Assembly (NCBI RefSeq): GCF_001194135.2
Contig: NC_068999.1
Location: 31,941,404-32,005,403 of the forward strand
Direction: 5' to 3'
DNA: 64,000 nucleotides
From: Octopus bimaculoides
Lineage: Eukaryota
The position numbers were made by a program, and so were the translations under genes. The notes below the pieces were generated by a model. The model had not been told where the DNA came from. It made no database searches and saw only the letters and a list, made by a program, of their open reading frames with translations. Numbering within the stretch: position 1 is the stretch's first letter; each line of letters begins with the position of its first letter. Below are positions 61,232 through 64,000 of this stretch, one piece after another.

Positions 61232-63465
61232 AATTACAAGATAGCAAATAAAAATACACTTAAGAAGGCAAATATGGAAACCAAAGAGATAATGGAAAAA
61301 TACAACCTGACAGATAGGATGGAACCCTTTGATACCAAAAGAACCGAGATTCATTCTTAAAGATCACAAAGTGAATTTTTGGACACAACCATCTTTAAGA
61401 CTTATCTGCCCAACAAAATCGGACGTAGGGATACTAAGTGAAAATATTATTAATAAGTACATAACTACAATAGTTGATAAGTTGAAGTTAAATTTATGGT
61501 CGAGTACAGACCATTCATCAGATGGTTTAATTCTATTGAGGACAAGAAAAATACTAAATTCATTCAATTTGTTATAGCTAATTTTTATGCATCCATTAAC
61601 CCGAACATATTGAATAAGGCACTATGTTTTTTTCACAATAAGGCTGGGCTTACTAGAGAAGAATTTAAAGTGATATCAGCTGCTAGAAAATCTTTTATTA
61701 GTTTTAATGATAAAGTATGGAAACGTAAGGATACACCGGATGCTTTCGATGTCCCCATGGGTAGTTCTGACTCAGCACAAATAGCTGATATGGTGGGCTC
61801 TTTTATTCTTTATGAATTGAATGGTCAATTTCCTATGATTAGGGGGGGGTATATATAGGGATGACTGTCTTTTATATATTAGGAATAGCTCCAGCCAACA
61901 ATTACAGAGGATTAAGGGTAGATTGACTAGATTTTTTTCTTAGAATGGGGATGAACATCATTTATGAAGACGATATTTCTGTAGCAAATTTCTTGGATGT
62001 GACATTAGATATTAAAAATGAAGCATATAGACCATATCATAAACGTTCAACTAACCTAAAATATATAAATAAGTGGAGTAACCATCCTAGAAAAATTATC
62101 GATAATTTAGTTAGAAATATTTCATTAAAACTCTCTAGATTATCTGCTAATGATAAGATTTTTGATAATGAAGCTCAATTCTATAATTCGGCATTAAATA
62201 GGGCAGGATACAAAGAGAAGGTTTACTATATTGAACTTGATATTAACAACATTAAGACAGATAAAAATAATAGGTATACGAATAAACTAAGTGGAAATAA
62301 AGAAAATAAACCCAGAGATATTCATAAACGTAACATAGGTAATTTTTTAAATTTTTAAAGAATTATACTAGTGACTGTGATAATACTAAAGATGATAATA
62401 TATGGTTTATAGTCCCCTTTGGTAGAAATGTTAAATCTAATTTGATTGCACAGTTTAGAGAGGTGATAAGCAGATATTTCCCAAAGAATTCACACTATGG
62501 TAAAATTATTAATACACATAGCATTAGGTTTGGTTTCTCAAACACTATGAACTTAGCCCAAATAATTGCAGCTCATAATTTTAAAATACTTAAATGAAAA
62601 GGAATTGGGGAGGATAGCGATATGAACCCTGATATAAATGATAATAATAATAATAACAATAATAGTAATATTAATCGGAATATGATTACAGTAACAGAGG
62701 TCAACCCCAGAAGATTGAAGTTTGAAGGCCCTAATGCGAGAGTTAGAAATGTAGTTTATCAATGTAAGGTAAGGACTCAAACAGATGTTAGCCGATACCT
62801 AGGGTGTACTTCGAGACAAATCTGTAAAAGATTATCTAATCATTATAGTACCTTTAGAGTAAAATAGCAAGTACTAGTCTTAGTAAATTCATTTGGGAAC
62901 TGAAAGAACAAAAAAAAAGCAATATTCGCTAGAATGGTCAATCATTGGGAAGTCTTTCCCATATGACAAAGGTTGGAGATATTGCTCGTTACGTAATTTA
63001 GAACTATATTTTATATTATTCTCTAAGGGTAAGTTGATAAATAAACTAACAAATAATGCTCTCAGATGTACCCATTATCCAAAACACACGTTTCTCTGGT
63101 TTAAATGAGTTATAAATTGCAGTATGACCGGGTATTATAGTATATTATAGTATAATATTAAGTCTTAAAGCAAATTAATTAATAATTTTATGAGGGGTTT
63201 TCTCCCTTTGACAGACCTTTATTTGAGGAGGAATTTATTTAAGGAGTTATTTAAGGAGAAATTTGAATATGAACTAGACTTAGAGACGATGTTTTTGGTG
63301 TTTACTTTTTGTTACCTTTTACCTTGAAGATGTGTAAGGTAAATTACATATTTGACTTGAATTTGACAGTTAAATATAGCCTTATACAGAAATGTTGACA
63401 TAGGAATAAATTTCAATAATAATGGGTATCAGCGTCAAAACTCTCTTTTAAATTTTAAATTTGAT
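61232..63465 (+). mobile_element. Long 5'-truncated PLE (Naiad-like), RT + GIY-YIG + 3' UTR, between (TA)n tracts
   Basis: FILKDHK...LRLICPTKSDVG; FIQFVIANFYASI...ARKS...FDVPMGSSD; IYRDD (~61852-61866); NFLDVTLD...SNHP; NIWF..PF; NVVYQCKVRTQTDVSRYLG...RLSNH; WELK...WSII...YCSL. Frameshifted. Confidence 0.92.
63317..63410 (+). ncRNA. Type I hammerhead motif with extended two-helix stem II and C3U core change
   Basis: UUUUACC-UUGAAGA(63324-63330); 10-bp helix 63331-63340/63379-63388; inner 10-bp helix 63348-63357/63368-63377; GAAA (63389-63392); stem III AUGU-UG-ACAU; cleavage after AUA (63402); then GGAAUAAA. Confidence 0.75.
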
Positions 63466-63725
63466 ATATATATATATATCTTTATATATATATATATATT
63501 AAATAATTGATAGGAAAGTCAGGGTAAGCTTACATCAGCACTGCAAGTTTGTGGGAAACGATATAATGGAATCAAACGCACTCCATAGTGCAGAAGAAAT
63601 CTCATCAGGTTATATATGTTACAGTGATATAATATGTACATTTTGCTATTACATGTGGCAGGATGGTGTGGTATGACATGTGTGTCTCCTATTTAAACTT
63701 TAATTTTAAACATAACCTATATATA

Positions 63726-63774
<49 letters not shown>

Positions 63775-64000
63775 ATACACACACACACATACTCACACGT
63801 ATATGTATAAACATGAACAGTTGTATATATATATATATACATATATATAAATGTATGTATATCAGAAATTTTAAAAGATTTTCATCAAATAGCTTTGGTT
63901 AAATAATATAGAACACAGTTCCAAGAACAATACTATTCTATGGTTATTGTTTGAATTTTGCTTTGCTTTTTGCACTATTTAAAAGAAAGTATTTGGTAAA

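Overview
AT-rich, repeat-saturated eukaryotic DNA from a draft scaffold, with N gaps at 11362-11882, 15966-15975, 19264-19724, 44415-44424, 46677-46942, 48367-48376, 50417-50869, 59427-59558 and 60761-61215. The SINE/LINE complement and extreme microsatellite load point to an octopus (cephalopod) genome; this is inference. I recognise no host protein-coding exon, rRNA or tRNA gene, and most ORFs in the track are microsatellite or gap artefacts. The window is a mosaic of decayed mobile elements: a Ty3/gypsy internal region plus an LTR with a tRNA-Trp-type PBS; several Penelope-like (PLE, RT + GIY-YIG) families; R4/Dong-like and RTE LINE fragments; two copies of a Helitron-derived block; two mariner-type transposons (the 19.8 kb one with DD37D spacing), a mariner MITE and a Buster-type hAT; and at least four SINE families. 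The most interesting signals are: (i) a PLE family whose GIY-YIG nuclease carries an in-frame Asn/Ser/Thr-rich insert of about 130-140 aa between the two catalytic motifs; (ii) five hammerhead-ribozyme motifs, four at PLE 3' ends and one in a small solo pseudo-LTR-like element, including one structurally complete copy whose paralogue shows a compensatory change and one with a greatly extended stem II; (iii) several inverted or fold-back structures; and (iv) an RNA helix pairing the gypsy LTR with the first AUG after the PBS. All motif calls and identity values were made by eye; no database search was run.
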